Source of the DNA: Poseidonia sp.
GTDB lineage: Archaea > Thermoplasmatota > Poseidoniia > Poseidoniales > Poseidoniaceae
Assembly: GCA_965661285.1 (NCBI GenBank)
Contig: CBFIDD010000002.1
Span: forward strand, 12,611-76,610
Direction of reading: 5' to 3'
Length of the DNA stretch: 64,000 nucleotides
How positions within the stretch are numbered: the stretch's first letter is position 1; the number at the start of each line of letters is the position of its first letter. Below are positions 9,156-18,597 of this stretch, in pieces. The position numbers and the translations under genes were made by a program. A model generated the notes under the pieces. That model was given only the letters and a program-made list of their open reading frames with translations. It was not told the origin of the DNA and searched no databases.

Positions 9156-12002
9156 ATGGCGTTGCCACCGATTGATTTGGCCGTTTTTCACGACAATGGC
9201 TATGTTCGGAAGCAGTGTAGGGTGACCTCACTCTGGTTTTGGACGTGCGATGAAGCACGAGAGACCTGCGGAGATACACCTGAAGATGAATACACCTTCA
9301 TCGGCGCTCCACTTATCGACGGCTTCTCCCAGCGTGGTAAAGCCCTCAAGGACGCCATGCGTGAAGCGTTTCTCGGCTTCTTCGAACAGCGGGACCACGT
9401 CCGCATTGCCCCCTATCCGGTCCTCGCACGCTGGCGGGACGATATTCACTTGACCATTGCTTCAATCGCTGACTTCCAGCCCCACGTCACGTCGGGCGAA
9501 GTTCAACCTCCTGCCAACCCTCTCGCCGTTTCTCAGCCTTGCATTCGCCTCACGGATGTTGATGCAGTTGGCCGTTCAGGCCGGCATTTGACAACCTTTG
9601 AGATGATGGCCCACCACGTGTTTAACCGACCTGAAGACGGGGTTGAGATTTACTGGATGGAACGATGTGTTGAGCACTGCCATCGCATGCTAACCGAGAC
9701 CTTCGGTATCGATGCTGGTGAAATCACTTACGTCGAGAATCCATGGTGCGGTGGGGGGAATGCAGGCGCCGCTGTGGAGGTTATTGTTGGTGGATTGGAG
9801 TTGGCTACACTGGTGTTCATGGACATGGAAGAACATCCTGACGGCGATGTTGAACTCAAGGGCGACCGGTATCGCACGATGCCACTCCAGATTATTGACA
9901 CCGGATACGGTCTCGAACGGTTTTGTTGGGCCGCTGCCGGAACGCCTACCATCTATGAGGCCATTTACCCCGAAACGGTGGCATGGCTGAAAGAGATTTC
10001 AGGCTTTGACAGCGTTGCAAACCAGTGGACTTCCCTTGACCTTGACCGCCTCCTCAGCGAGATGTCGAGATTGAACGGCATCATGAACATCGAAGCAGGT
10101 GTTGACGGGGAGAAATTGGTCAACATTTTCTTGCAAAAACTTGCCGAGCGGGGCGTCGAGGTCACGAGTGAACAGTTCTCGTCGGTCACCGAACCGTTGG
10201 CAAACATCTACGCTATTCCAGACCACCTCCACGCCCTTTGCAACATGTTGGGCGATGGCCTGGTCCCCTCCAATGCCAAAGCCGGCTACCTCGCACGCAT
10301 GCTTGCGCGCAGGGTTCTCCGAATGCGCGACGAACTCGGTCTTGATGTGCCACTTGCAGAACTGGCAGCTCACCACCTTGAGGTGAATCTGGGTGGCCAA
10401 TTGAACAAGCAAACACGGGAGGGCCTTCTCATGATTCTCACGCTGGAAGAGGAGCGCTATGCCGAAATGCTGCGAAAGGGAACCAACGTCATTCAAACCC
10501 AACTCAAATCTGTTCCAAATGATGCTACCGAAATTCCGGATGAACTTCTCTTCACCATGAACGACTCGCATGGCTTGGCTCCCGATATGGCCATCACCCT
10601 CGCACGCAACGCCGGTTGGGGTTCGGTCTCCCTACGCACGGGCTTCTCAGCGGAAATGGCCGAACGCCATGCGCAAATGGCCAAAGAAGCGGCCAAAGCT
10701 TCGACAGATGGAAAGGCTGTTCTCGATGTCGCTTCTCACCCTGCAACATCGCCTCTTTACTACGACGCTGTCTACACCTCCTCATTTGAAGCACATGTCT
10801 TGGATTGCCTTCCAGCACAAGACCACGGTCCTGATGGTGCCACGCACGCCGTGATCCTTAACGCCACGCTGTTCTATCCTGAGGGCGGTGGCCAAGAAGG
10901 CGACCGTGGCGAACTCATTCAAGGCCAAACGAGTGTCAAGGTCCTTGATACACAAAAAAGTGGCCACGTCATCGTCCACTTCACCAACGGTCCGCTCACG
11001 CCCTCTCAGGAGGTCACAGGTGATCTGGATTGGAAACGCAGAAAGCAGTTGATGGACCACCACACGGCGGTTCACATCGTCGGCGGTGCGGCTCGAAGGC
11101 TCCTTGGACCGCACATTTTCCAAGCCGGGTCTCACCTAACGGTTGAAAGCGGCCGCCTTGACATCACGCACTATCACCGTCTGACTCGCGCCGACCTCGA
11201 CGCGATGGAAGACATGGCCAACGAGGTCCTCAGTGAAGTCCGGTCAACTGAAAAAACCGAACTCAATCGCAGGGATGCTGATATCGTCCATGGCTTTGAT
11301 TTGTATCAAGGTGGGGCTCCCAAGGGCGACTCCATTCGTATTTTGAAAATCGCAGACCATGACATCCAGGCCTGTGGGGGAACGCACCACGATGAACCAG
11401 GACAGATTGGTTCCATTCGGATTGTTCGCTCATCTGCCGTTCAGGACGGTGTTGAGCGACTCCACATCGTTGCTGGCGAGGCTGCGCTTGCGTATGCTCG
11501 TTTGCAAGATGACCTTGTTCGCAAGTCGAGTGAGGTTTTCGGCGTGCACAGTGATGACTTGCCGAAGGCTGCGGCGCGATTCTTCAAAGAGTGGAAAGAA
11601 CAGCGAAAACTGATCGAGCAACTCGAATCCGAAATTGTTCGCTTGAGGACCAGTGGTGGAGGCGATGCGTCAACCGACGTTGAAGGTGTACGTGTCGTGA
11701 TAATGGAGATTGACGGTGATTTGAAATCAATGACGTCGATGATGAAAGAATTGACCCTTGACCCTTCCAAACCGACGCTCGCTGTTCTTGGTTCCCGGGA
11801 CGGTGGAGGGAAATTGATGATCGCCGTCACCGAAAACACCCCAGCGAGTGAACGGTACAACGCCGTTGATTTGCTTCGCTCAATTTCATCCCATATTCGA
11901 GGTGGTGGTGGCGGACGTCCCACCTTTGCCCAAGGCGGTGGGTCACATGCGGAAGGTCTCGATGATGCTCTCGATGCAGCTCGCCAGCAATTGGGCGTCT
12001 GA
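9156..12002 (+). CDS. alaS: alanyl-tRNA synthetase (archaeal type)
   Basis: 948 aa. The archaeal AlaRS N-terminus is present (F..NGY..K.C......FWT), along with the editing-domain HxxxH (HHTAVH) and CGGTH motifs, and a C-terminal DHHA1-like GGGGGRPTFAQGG. Confidence 0.95.
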   Translation: MALPPIDLAVFHDNGYVRKQCRVTSLWFWTCDEARETCGDTPEDEYTFIGAPLIDGFSQRGKALKDAMREAFLGFFEQRDHVRIAPYPVLARWRDDIHLTIASIADFQPHVTSGEVQPPANPLAVSQPCIRLTDVDAVGRSGRHLTTFEMMAHHVFNRPEDGVEIYWMERCVEHCHRMLTETFGIDAGEITYVENPWCGGGNAGAAVEVIVGGLELATLVFMDMEEHPDGDVELKGDRYRTMPLQIIDTGYGLERFCWAAAGTPTIYEAIYPETVAWLKEISGFDSVANQWTSLDLDRLLSEMSRLNGIMNIEAGVDGEKLVNIFLQKLAERGVEVTSEQFSSVTEPLANIYAIPDHLHALCNMLGDGLVPSNAKAGYLARMLARRVLRMRDELGLDVPLAELAAHHLEVNLGGQLNKQTREGLLMILTLEEERYAEMLRKGTNVIQTQLKSVPNDATEIPDELLFTMNDSHGLAPDMAITLARNAGWGSVSLRTGFSAEMAERHAQMAKEAAKASTDGKAVLDVASHPATSPLYYDAVYTSSFEAHVLDCLPAQDHGPDGATHAVILNATLFYPEGGGQEGDRGELIQGQTSVKVLDTQKSGHVIVHFTNGPLTPSQEVTGDLDWKRRKQLMDHHTAVHIVGGAARRLLGPHIFQAGSHLTVESGRLDITHYHRLTRADLDAMEDMANEVLSEVRSTEKTELNRRDADIVHGFDLYQGGAPKGDSIRILKIADHDIQACGGTHHDEPGQIGSIRIVRSSAVQDGVERLHIVAGEAALAYARLQDDLVRKSSEVFGVHSDDLPKAAARFFKEWKEQRKLIEQLESEIVRLRTSGGGDASTDVEGVRVVIMEIDGDLKSMTSMMKELTLDPSKPTLAVLGSRDGGGKLMIAVTENTPASERYNAVDLLRSISSHIRGGGGGRPTFAQGGGSHAEGLDDALDAARQQLGV

Positions 12003-12722
12003 TTACAGCAGGCTTCGAAGGGCTTCTCGGTCAAAATGCGAAACCGCTTGTTGGTGGGCCTTTTGGGGTGAAAACCAAGCGGCCTGTGAAATCTCTTCGG
12101 TTTGAAGGGTTAAATCGCTCAGATCACCGGTCCACGTCGCACGATATGTGAACGATACGAACGAGATGCCTTCATCGTTGAAGACGCGTTGAGTGATCAC
12201 CGGTTCAATGTCGTCGAGCACGATCGTGATACCCAATTCTTCACGTGTTTCTCGCACACATCCAACCGCAGGATGTTCGTTATGGTCCATGTAGCCACCT
12301 GGCAAGGTCCAGAACCCATGGAAATGCCCCCGTTCCACCTTGCCCATCAGAACATCCCCCTCGGCGTTGCATATCATGACCTTCGAGACCAATCGGTGAA
12401 CGGAGCGGTAAATCGCATCTCGGGCAACGGGGTGAACGGCGTTATCAGCCACACACTTGTCCTTCCATGCCCATGCTTCGGGCCAGTCTATGTTCGGGTA
12501 GGCCTTCACCACAACGAAGGCGTCTTCACCGTACTGCAACACGATACGTTCGTTCTCAACATAGGCGATGTTCAAATTCTCAACTTCATCTTTGGTCGGA
12601 AACCGAAGGCGTTCCTCCGATGATGTCCGTCCTTGCACGGGTTGTTGAGGTCCCTGGCCGTTCTTGTCCACCAAGAGCACCTTTCCGTCGTGCTCAAGGT
12701 ACACGACTTCAGCTGGGTGCAT
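12003..12722 (-). CDS. NUDIX hydrolase with ~100-aa N-terminal extension
   Basis: Nudix box GFWTLPGGYMDHNEHPAVGCVRETREELGI (Gx5Ex7REUxEExGU). Convergent with and directly abutting alaS. Confidence 0.8.
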   Translation of the reverse strand: MHPAEVVYLEHDGKVLLVDKNGQGPQQPVQGRTSSEERLRFPTKDEVENLNIAYVENERIVLQYGEDAFVVVKAYPNIDWPEAWAWKDKCVADNAVHPVARDAIYRSVHRLVSKVMICNAEGDVLMGKVERGHFHGFWTLPGGYMDHNEHPAVGCVRETREELGITIVLDDIEPVITQRVFNDEGISFVSFTYRATWTGDLSDLTLQTEEISQAAWFSPQKAHQQAVSHFDREALRSLL

Positions 12723-12813
12723 GCTGACTCCAGACCCTCATGCGTCAAGAAGACTCCCTTTTTGCGGGCTTTCTTCATCAATGTTCAAAGCAGTCCACTT
12801 GCTGGATTGGTTC

Positions 12814-13524
12814 ATGCGATTCGAACAACTCAACGAAGGCATCTGGGCGATGACCTACCTTATCGTCGATGAAGCCACCAAAAAAGCAGCGCTTGTCGAC
12901 CCGGTGTACGACTACCTCGACACCTACCTCAACCTCCTTGAGGAACAAAATCTGACGCTCGTGTATGCCATTGCGACGCACACCCATGCTGACCACATCA
13001 CGGCGTGTTTTTCTCTCCGAGAACAACTGGGTTGCGATTACGTGATGTCCCATGAGACCGCCAGTCTGGGCGTGAGCATGTACGTGGACGACGAGGAAAA
13101 AATCATGCTGGGTTCAATTCCAATCCAATTCCATGCTGCGCCCGGCCATACCAATGATTCGATGATCGTTCACGTTCCGGGCTATATGATGACAGGTGAT
13201 TTCCTCTTCAACGGTGAAGGCGGGGTCGGCAGAGACGATTTGCCAAGCGGTCGGGTTCGCATCCACTGGGATGCGTTGTCCGTTCTTGAACGATTCGAAG
13301 GCGACACGATTGTCTGTTCGGGGCACGAACCTCCCGGAACCACCATGATGTCGTTGGCGTGGAACCGAGAGAACAACCCGATTCTTTCGATGACCTCGTT
13401 CGAAGTGTTTCGGGATTGGCAATCTGCATCAGCAGCAAAACTCGGCAGCGTCTCAAAAATCAAAACGGCCATTCCCGCCAACCTTTTCGCCGAGGTTCCA
13501 GAGACCATTCCGTGGCTCCAATGA
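12814..13524 (+). CDS. MBL-fold metallo-hydrolase (glyoxalase II / ETHE1-like)
   Basis: THTHADHI metal motif, then GHTNDSM and a downstream GH. The start is placed at MRFEQL (12814; alternative 12781), because the 12664 extension overlaps the NUDIX gene. Confidence 0.8.
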   Translation: MRFEQLNEGIWAMTYLIVDEATKKAALVDPVYDYLDTYLNLLEEQNLTLVYAIATHTHADHITACFSLREQLGCDYVMSHETASLGVSMYVDDEEKIMLGSIPIQFHAAPGHTNDSMIVHVPGYMMTGDFLFNGEGGVGRDDLPSGRVRIHWDALSVLERFEGDTIVCSGHEPPGTTMMSLAWNRENNPILSMTSFEVFRDWQSASAAKLGSVSKIKTAIPANLFAEVPETIPWLQ

Positions 13525-13526
13525 CC

Positions 13527-14681
13527 TCATTTTTTGAGCGGATTTTTTGGCGCTTTGGTGTCCTTTGGAATCGTTGGTAAATTCTGGAGTTCCTCGAACG
13601 TCATTTGCTGGTGCTTGATCGTTTCAAACGCCGACAGACGTTCATCCATGCCCATTCGGACGGTGAAGTCGATGCGACCCTTTGTCCGGGTGAGGTCATA
13701 GGAAAGTGGTTCAAGGAACTCAATAACCTGCTCTTCGAATTCCTGTCGGACCCGCTTGCCACGCCACGACGAATAGCCCCAACGGTATGAAATTCCAACG
13801 ATGGCTGCTCCGTAGAGGAGGGTGAGGACCACGGTGGCAAAGAGAACAGGATTCCCGCCAACATCCCTCGACTCCTCGAGCAGATTTCGGCCCAGCAAGA
13901 ACAGAAGACCGATGCCGACAATGGGGTTGAGCACGCCTTCAAGCCACTGGTTGACGGGCACCAAACGTGCTTTTGCAGGGTCGACGAACACCAGATCAGC
14001 TTCAAACGCTGTATTCAACACGGAAAGCACCGAGAGGAGGACCATGTAAAGGAACGAGGAAACAAGGAGTTCGACCATGAGTGAGTCAAGATTGAACACC
14101 CAGTGGACGATAAGCCACGCAAAGAGTCCTAAGAAAGCCGCTTGGGGTACATAGTTGAAGTGCTCAATGTGTTGGGAGAATTCGGTCAATGACGTACGCT
14201 TTTCACGACTCCCTCGATGTGGTTTAGGGATGTGGATGACCTGCCAGTGAAGCAGACGTTCGATGGCTCTGAGGCTCCAGATCAGGAGTTTACGCCGAAT
14301 CAGGAGGTACTCCATGAACAACATGAACGGAAAGCCAATCAAAATCAACGGCAGGGCCATGATGGCGGACAGGGGCAAGATGAGAAGGGCAGGCAATAAC
14401 AAAAAGTGAGAGAGTGTGAGTGGGTGGAGCATTTCGGCCTCGATAAGTCGCTGCTTGGAGGGTGGGATGCGGAGGTTTCGCGCGATGTCGTCGAGCGTTT
14501 GGGAAAACGAGGCGACCTGATGGCCCGAGTCAAGGATTTGGCGGACCACGGTTCGATATTCGGAGACCTCATGGCCAACCCCCACCCAAAACTGCCAAGC
14601 AAGCCGCATCGGGAGCGCCAAAAGGAGGGGCAACGCAAGGATGCCTGCACTCCAGAGCAGTTCCTGAACCGCGGATTCCAT
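13527..14681 (-). CDS. polytopic membrane protein (hypothetical)
   Basis: 384-aa ORF with about 8 hydrophobic helices and a soluble C-terminal ~70 aa. No motif recognised. Confidence 0.5.
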   Translation of the reverse strand: MESAVQELLWSAGILALPLLLALPMRLAWQFWVGVGHEVSEYRTVVRQILDSGHQVASFSQTLDDIARNLRIPPSKQRLIEAEMLHPLTLSHFLLLPALLILPLSAIMALPLILIGFPFMLFMEYLLIRRKLLIWSLRAIERLLHWQVIHIPKPHRGSREKRTSLTEFSQHIEHFNYVPQAAFLGLFAWLIVHWVFNLDSLMVELLVSSFLYMVLLSVLSVLNTAFEADLVFVDPAKARLVPVNQWLEGVLNPIVGIGLLFLLGRNLLEESRDVGGNPVLFATVVLTLLYGAAIVGISYRWGYSSWRGKRVRQEFEEQVIEFLEPLSYDLTRTKGRIDFTVRMGMDERLSAFETIKHQQMTFEELQNLPTIPKDTKAPKNPLKK

Positions 14682-14782
14682 GCTGCAACCTCGTCATGCC
14701 GACTTGCTTGGGGTTGTTGAAAACAACGGTCGTTCCACGGGTCAATCCGAATGTTCTAACGCCTTCGGGTGTTGTTCCGACC

Positions 14783-15766
14783 ATGGCTAAGATTGCCGTC
14801 ACCGACGGGATGGATGAAAAAGCGGTTGCACAGCTCGAAAAAGCCGGTCACGAGGTGGTCCTCGGGCATATCGATCAGGACGCACTGCTCCAAGGAGCCC
14901 TGCAGTCCTTTGATGCCATCATCGTTCGAAGTGCAACCAAACTCACCAAGGACGTCTTGGAGGCTTCCGGAGAGCGCCTTGCAGTCATCGGTCGGGCTGG
15001 CGTGGGTGTTGACAACATTGACTTGAAGACAGCCGGTTCTCTGGGCATACGTGTCGTCAACGCTCCTCGTGCCAGTACCCAGTCGGTCGTCGAGCTCACC
15101 TTGGGCCATCTTCTGGCCTCCATCCGTCATCTCCCCCGGGCCGATCGCAGTCTTCGAGACGGGAAGTGGGAAAAGAAAGCCATGAAGGGGTCAGAACTTT
15201 CCGGAAAAGCTCTCGGTCTCATCGGTTTTGGCCGAATTGCTCAATCGGTTGGCCGAATTGCTCAAGCCATTGGAATGGAAGTCCACGCCTACGACCCCTA
15301 CCTCCCTCCAAAGGTAGCGAAAGCCCAAGACACACGGCTGCACAAAACATTGGAGTCGTTGTTCTCCAATTGCACCCACATCTCCATTCACTGCAACCTG
15401 ACGGAAGAAACCCATCACCTCGTCAACGCCGAGCGGATTGCCTCCATGCCCCACATCGGCAAAGACGGGGCTCGTTGTGGGAGTCACATCGTCAATTGTG
15501 CTCGAGGCGGTATTGTCGACGAAGATGCCGTCCTCGCTGCTCTTGAATCGGGCACGCTCACGTCGGCAGCCTTGGACGTCTTTGAGGACGAACCGGTCCC
15601 ACCGGACCACCCGCTCCTCCAGATGGAGCACTTTCACGGCACGCCACACATCGGGGCTGCTACCGTTGAGGCACAAGAGCGGGTCGGCACCGATATCGCT
15701 ACCAACGTGATGGCCGTCCTCGCAGGTCGCCCGTGTGATTTTGTGGTCAATTCCAACTTCTTGTAG
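14783..15766 (+). CDS. D-isomer-specific 2-hydroxyacid dehydrogenase (phosphoglycerate dehydrogenase-like, no ACT domain)
   Basis: GRAGVGVDNIDL, Rossmann motif LGLIGFGRIAQSVGRIAQAIGMEV, catalytic region NCARGGIVDE and HIGAAT are all present. The start is moved to MAKIAVTDG (14783), since the longer ORF overlaps the divergent gene. Confidence 0.85.
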   Translation: MAKIAVTDGMDEKAVAQLEKAGHEVVLGHIDQDALLQGALQSFDAIIVRSATKLTKDVLEASGERLAVIGRAGVGVDNIDLKTAGSLGIRVVNAPRASTQSVVELTLGHLLASIRHLPRADRSLRDGKWEKKAMKGSELSGKALGLIGFGRIAQSVGRIAQAIGMEVHAYDPYLPPKVAKAQDTRLHKTLESLFSNCTHISIHCNLTEETHHLVNAERIASMPHIGKDGARCGSHIVNCARGGIVDEDAVLAALESGTLTSAALDVFEDEPVPPDHPLLQMEHFHGTPHIGAATVEAQERVGTDIATNVMAVLAGRPCDFVVNSNFL

Positions 15767-15830
15767 CACTTTCACTTTCAACACCCGGGTCTGGCATAAG
15801 CATGCCGTGCTCCTTCGGGCTGAGCGTGTC

Positions 15831-16100
15831 ATGGGTCGAAGTGTGCCACCATGGCGAACGCGAGTGGAGAACGAATTGCAGCAATTGATGCCGTACCGTC
15901 GAGCCCTCTCGTCGGTTGATCGTGCTGCTTTTGATGCCCTTTTGGATGCGGTGCGTGAGCGTCGCGCTGCGGGAGGAATGCTTCCAGCCATCAACACCTG
16001 GCAGCCCACAGTTCTCAGCATGATGGTGGGTTTGATGGCTCAGGTGTCGCAGCTCACCGAACGCGTTGAAGCGCTTGAGGAACGGCGTCGCCATGATTGA
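15831..16100 (+). CDS. small helical ORF translationally coupled to the PolB2-like gene (hypothetical, 89 aa)
   Basis: Its stop (16098-16100) overlaps the polymerase ATG at 16093 (...CGCCATGATTGA). The C-terminus has an amphipathic helix QVSQLTERVEALEERRR. No recognised family. Confidence 0.4.
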   Translation: MGRSVPPWRTRVENELQQLMPYRRALSSVDRAAFDALLDAVRERRAAGGMLPAINTWQPTVLSMMVGLMAQVSQLTERVEALEERRRHD

Positions 16101-18597
16101 GGGTTGGTTGCTGGACGTTCACGAGAACGAGACACACACCGAGATGGTGGCGTGGGTTGTTGACGACCAAGGTGTTGCCCACGGGTGTGCTGTGCCTTGG
16201 ACGCCTTCGATACATGTCCACGCCTCCCATCGCTCTTTGGACCGGTTAGAGCACTGGTTGAACCAACCCGAATTGCGTCAGCGTTTTGGTATTGGCGCCA
16301 TGGTTCCAACACGTGCTCGATTGGACCTTGAGGCCGAAGGCCAGGCCGATGTTCTCGACATCACCTTGCGTTCTTACCACCACATGCGGGCCCTTGCAGA
16401 ACACATTGAAGCGCGCGGTGATTTTCATCGGTACACGCTCTACTCGGTCGATGCCCATCTCGCGCAGCGCTTCCTGAACGAACACGCCTGCATTCCGTTT
16501 CAACGGGTTCGTTGGAATCCTTCGGTGCCAACCTTGCTCGAACCGATCAGCGCGGCTGAAACCGACACCGTCGAGTTCCCGCCGCTATGTGTTGCTCGCC
16601 TCACCCTTCAATTTGCAGAGGGTGGTGGTTTGCCTGCACAAGGTGACGTTGTTGAACGCATTTGTTTGGAAACGGTTCTTGAGCCGGGTTTTTCTTCTCC
16701 CAGAACAACCCATTCCGCTCGTCTTGAACGGAGCGAATTTCCATCGTTGGCTGCCTTCCTCAATGCTTTCCAAGCGGTTTTTGATGATGTCAACCCTGAT
16801 GTCGTTGTGACCGCAGGCGGTGACCAGCGTTGGTTCCCATGGTTGGTTGAACAAGGCCACATCCATCAGGTTCCACTCGTTCTCGGGCGGACACCCGAAC
16901 ACTTGCGCCAATCGACCGGCCAGCGTACCGTTCACTCCTACGGGCAAACTCGACATCGTCATGGTTCCTTCTTTCTCAAAGGTCGACTTCACCTTGACGT
17001 AAAGAACAGTTTCATCGTCAACGAGGGTGGACTTGCGGGCTTGTTTGAACTGGCACAACACTCTCGCCAATCGGCCCAAATCATTTCCCGACTTTCTCCA
17101 GGTTCGGTCATCAGCGCCATCCAAATGCGGGTGGCCATGGATGACGGTGTCTTGGTGCCGTGGAAGAAAAACCGGCCTGAAGACACAAAGTCTGCGCTGG
17201 ACCTTCTCCATGCTGACCGAGGAGGTTTGTACCTTGATAGCCGACCAGGGGTACATTCTTCCGTGATTGAACTTGATTTTGCAAGTTTGTTCCCGAGCAT
17301 CATCGCGACACGCAACATCTCTCCTGAGACGCTGAATTGCTCTTGCTGTCAAGCGTCCGCCGCTTCCACGACGCGGGGTGTTGTCCCCTTGCATCCAGAT
17401 GAGGCTGGTCAAGAGTTTCGTGAACGTGCGATGGTCTCACGATTTGGTCACGGGCTTTTCCCGCTCGCGAACGAAAAGGCCCTCTCCGTTCCCGGCCTCA
17501 ACATGCACACATGTGGCCGCAAGCACGGCTTTCTCGGGCGTGTGGTCGCACCCATCATTGAGCGCCGTCGAGTTTTGAAGCGTCAGCGTCAGCACAAAGG
17601 CGACGCCTTTGACCTGCGACAAAACGCCCTCAAGTGGCTGCTCGTGACGTGCTTTGGATACACCGGTTACCGCAATGCGCGTTTTGGGCGTATCGAGGCA
17701 CACGAGGCGATTTGTGCATGGTCTCGAGATCTTCTACTGACCACGATTGAAGAGGCTCAAAACGACGGGTGGGATGTGCTTCATGCCATCGTGGATTGTG
17801 TTTGGCTCTCCGATACGAAAGGGCGCTCACCCGAGCAACAGCGGTTGGATGCAGAGGACTTTGGAATCCGTATTTCCCAACATGTTGGTATCCCTCTTGA
17901 GTTTGAAGCACACTACGATTTCATTGCGTTTCTCCCGAGTCGGATGCACGGTTCGGGGTCGCTTACCAAATATTGGGCCTTGGCGGGTGATGAATTCAAA
18001 GTTCGTGGCATTGAGTTGCGCCAACATTCCACTCCACGATGGGTGCGTGAACTTCAGCAAAAGGGGTTGGAACTTCTGGCAAAAGGGGAGCGCGTTGACG
18101 GACGTCCTTCCCTTCGGGCTCAACGGTCGGTGTTGGCCCACTATCGGGGCGAGCTTCAGCGATTAAATTCCGGCGAGGTTTCGCTCGTCGACCTCGTGAT
18201 CACGCGACGAACCACGCGACACTTGGCCGATTATCGCGTCAAGAACCTGACCTATGGGGCACTCCTGCGAGCCCATGAACGCGGATATGTTGTCCCGCCG
18301 GGAGGGAAAATTCGTTATGTCGTCGTGAATTCATCGTCCAGCGAACCTCTGGATCGTGTCCGTTTGGCTGAGGAACTCCCCCTTTGTCAAGCCGCAACTG
18401 CTGGATGTCCAGTCCATTATGGCGAACTCGCTGAACGCGCCGTATGGGCGCTTCTTGCGCCGTTCGGTTGGACAACAGAAACACTTCGAAGCGACGGGGT
18501 TCAACCGAGTCTCTTGATGTTCACGCGTCGCGATGAAACAGAGGGAGAACGCCGACCGTTTGACTCCTCGTTGACCGGTCAAAGCTCTGTTCGTTGA
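16093..18597 (+). CDS. family-B DNA polymerase, PolB2/Dpo2-like (proofreading motifs not detectable, motif C degenerate)
   Basis: Motif A is ELDFASLFPSII, followed by SPETLN as in archaeal PolB. The motif-B region is KWLLVTCFGYTGY (canonical KxxxNSxYG). Motif C is LHAIVDCVWLSD (canonical YGDTDS). The KVRGIELRQ region resembles the KxRGxExxRRD thumb motif. I cannot find ExoI FDIE, ExoII NxxxFD or ExoIII YxxxD by eye. Confidence 0.85.
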   Translation: MIEGWLLDVHENETHTEMVAWVVDDQGVAHGCAVPWTPSIHVHASHRSLDRLEHWLNQPELRQRFGIGAMVPTRARLDLEAEGQADVLDITLRSYHHMRALAEHIEARGDFHRYTLYSVDAHLAQRFLNEHACIPFQRVRWNPSVPTLLEPISAAETDTVEFPPLCVARLTLQFAEGGGLPAQGDVVERICLETVLEPGFSSPRTTHSARLERSEFPSLAAFLNAFQAVFDDVNPDVVVTAGGDQRWFPWLVEQGHIHQVPLVLGRTPEHLRQSTGQRTVHSYGQTRHRHGSFFLKGRLHLDVKNSFIVNEGGLAGLFELAQHSRQSAQIISRLSPGSVISAIQMRVAMDDGVLVPWKKNRPEDTKSALDLLHADRGGLYLDSRPGVHSSVIELDFASLFPSIIATRNISPETLNCSCCQASAASTTRGVVPLHPDEAGQEFRERAMVSRFGHGLFPLANEKALSVPGLNMHTCGRKHGFLGRVVAPIIERRRVLKRQRQHKGDAFDLRQNALKWLLVTCFGYTGYRNARFGRIEAHEAICAWSRDLLLTTIEEAQNDGWDVLHAIVDCVWLSDTKGRSPEQQRLDAEDFGIRISQHVGIPLEFEAHYDFIAFLPSRMHGSGSLTKYWALAGDEFKVRGIELRQHSTPRWVRELQQKGLELLAKGERVDGRPSLRAQRSVLAHYRGELQRLNSGEVSLVDLVITRRTTRHLADYRVKNLTYGALLRAHERGYVVPPGGKIRYVVVNSSSSEPLDRVRLAEELPLCQAATAGCPVHYGELAERAVWALLAPFGWTTETLRSDGVQPSLLMFTRRDETEGERRPFDSSLTGQSSVR

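Noticed and set aside
15231-15272. A 21-nt near-perfect direct repeat (GGCCGAATTGCTCAATCGGTT / GGCCGAATTGCTCAAGCCATT) giving GRIAQSV-GRIAQAI in the dehydrogenase. It looked like a recent in-frame tandem duplication.
   Set aside because: The segment has exactly the same length as the canonical Rossmann motif region of SerA-type enzymes (GxxGxGRIGxxVAxxxxxxGM). Nothing is inserted. It is a coincidental or ancient internal similarity inside a normal NAD-binding helix.
15191-17412. Long minus-strand ORFs (15191-16021, 276 aa; 16585-17412, 275 aa) opposite the dehydrogenase and polymerase genes.
   Set aside because: These are shadow ORFs. They are Arg/Ser-rich with no recognisable domains, and the plus-strand genes carry strong family motifs.
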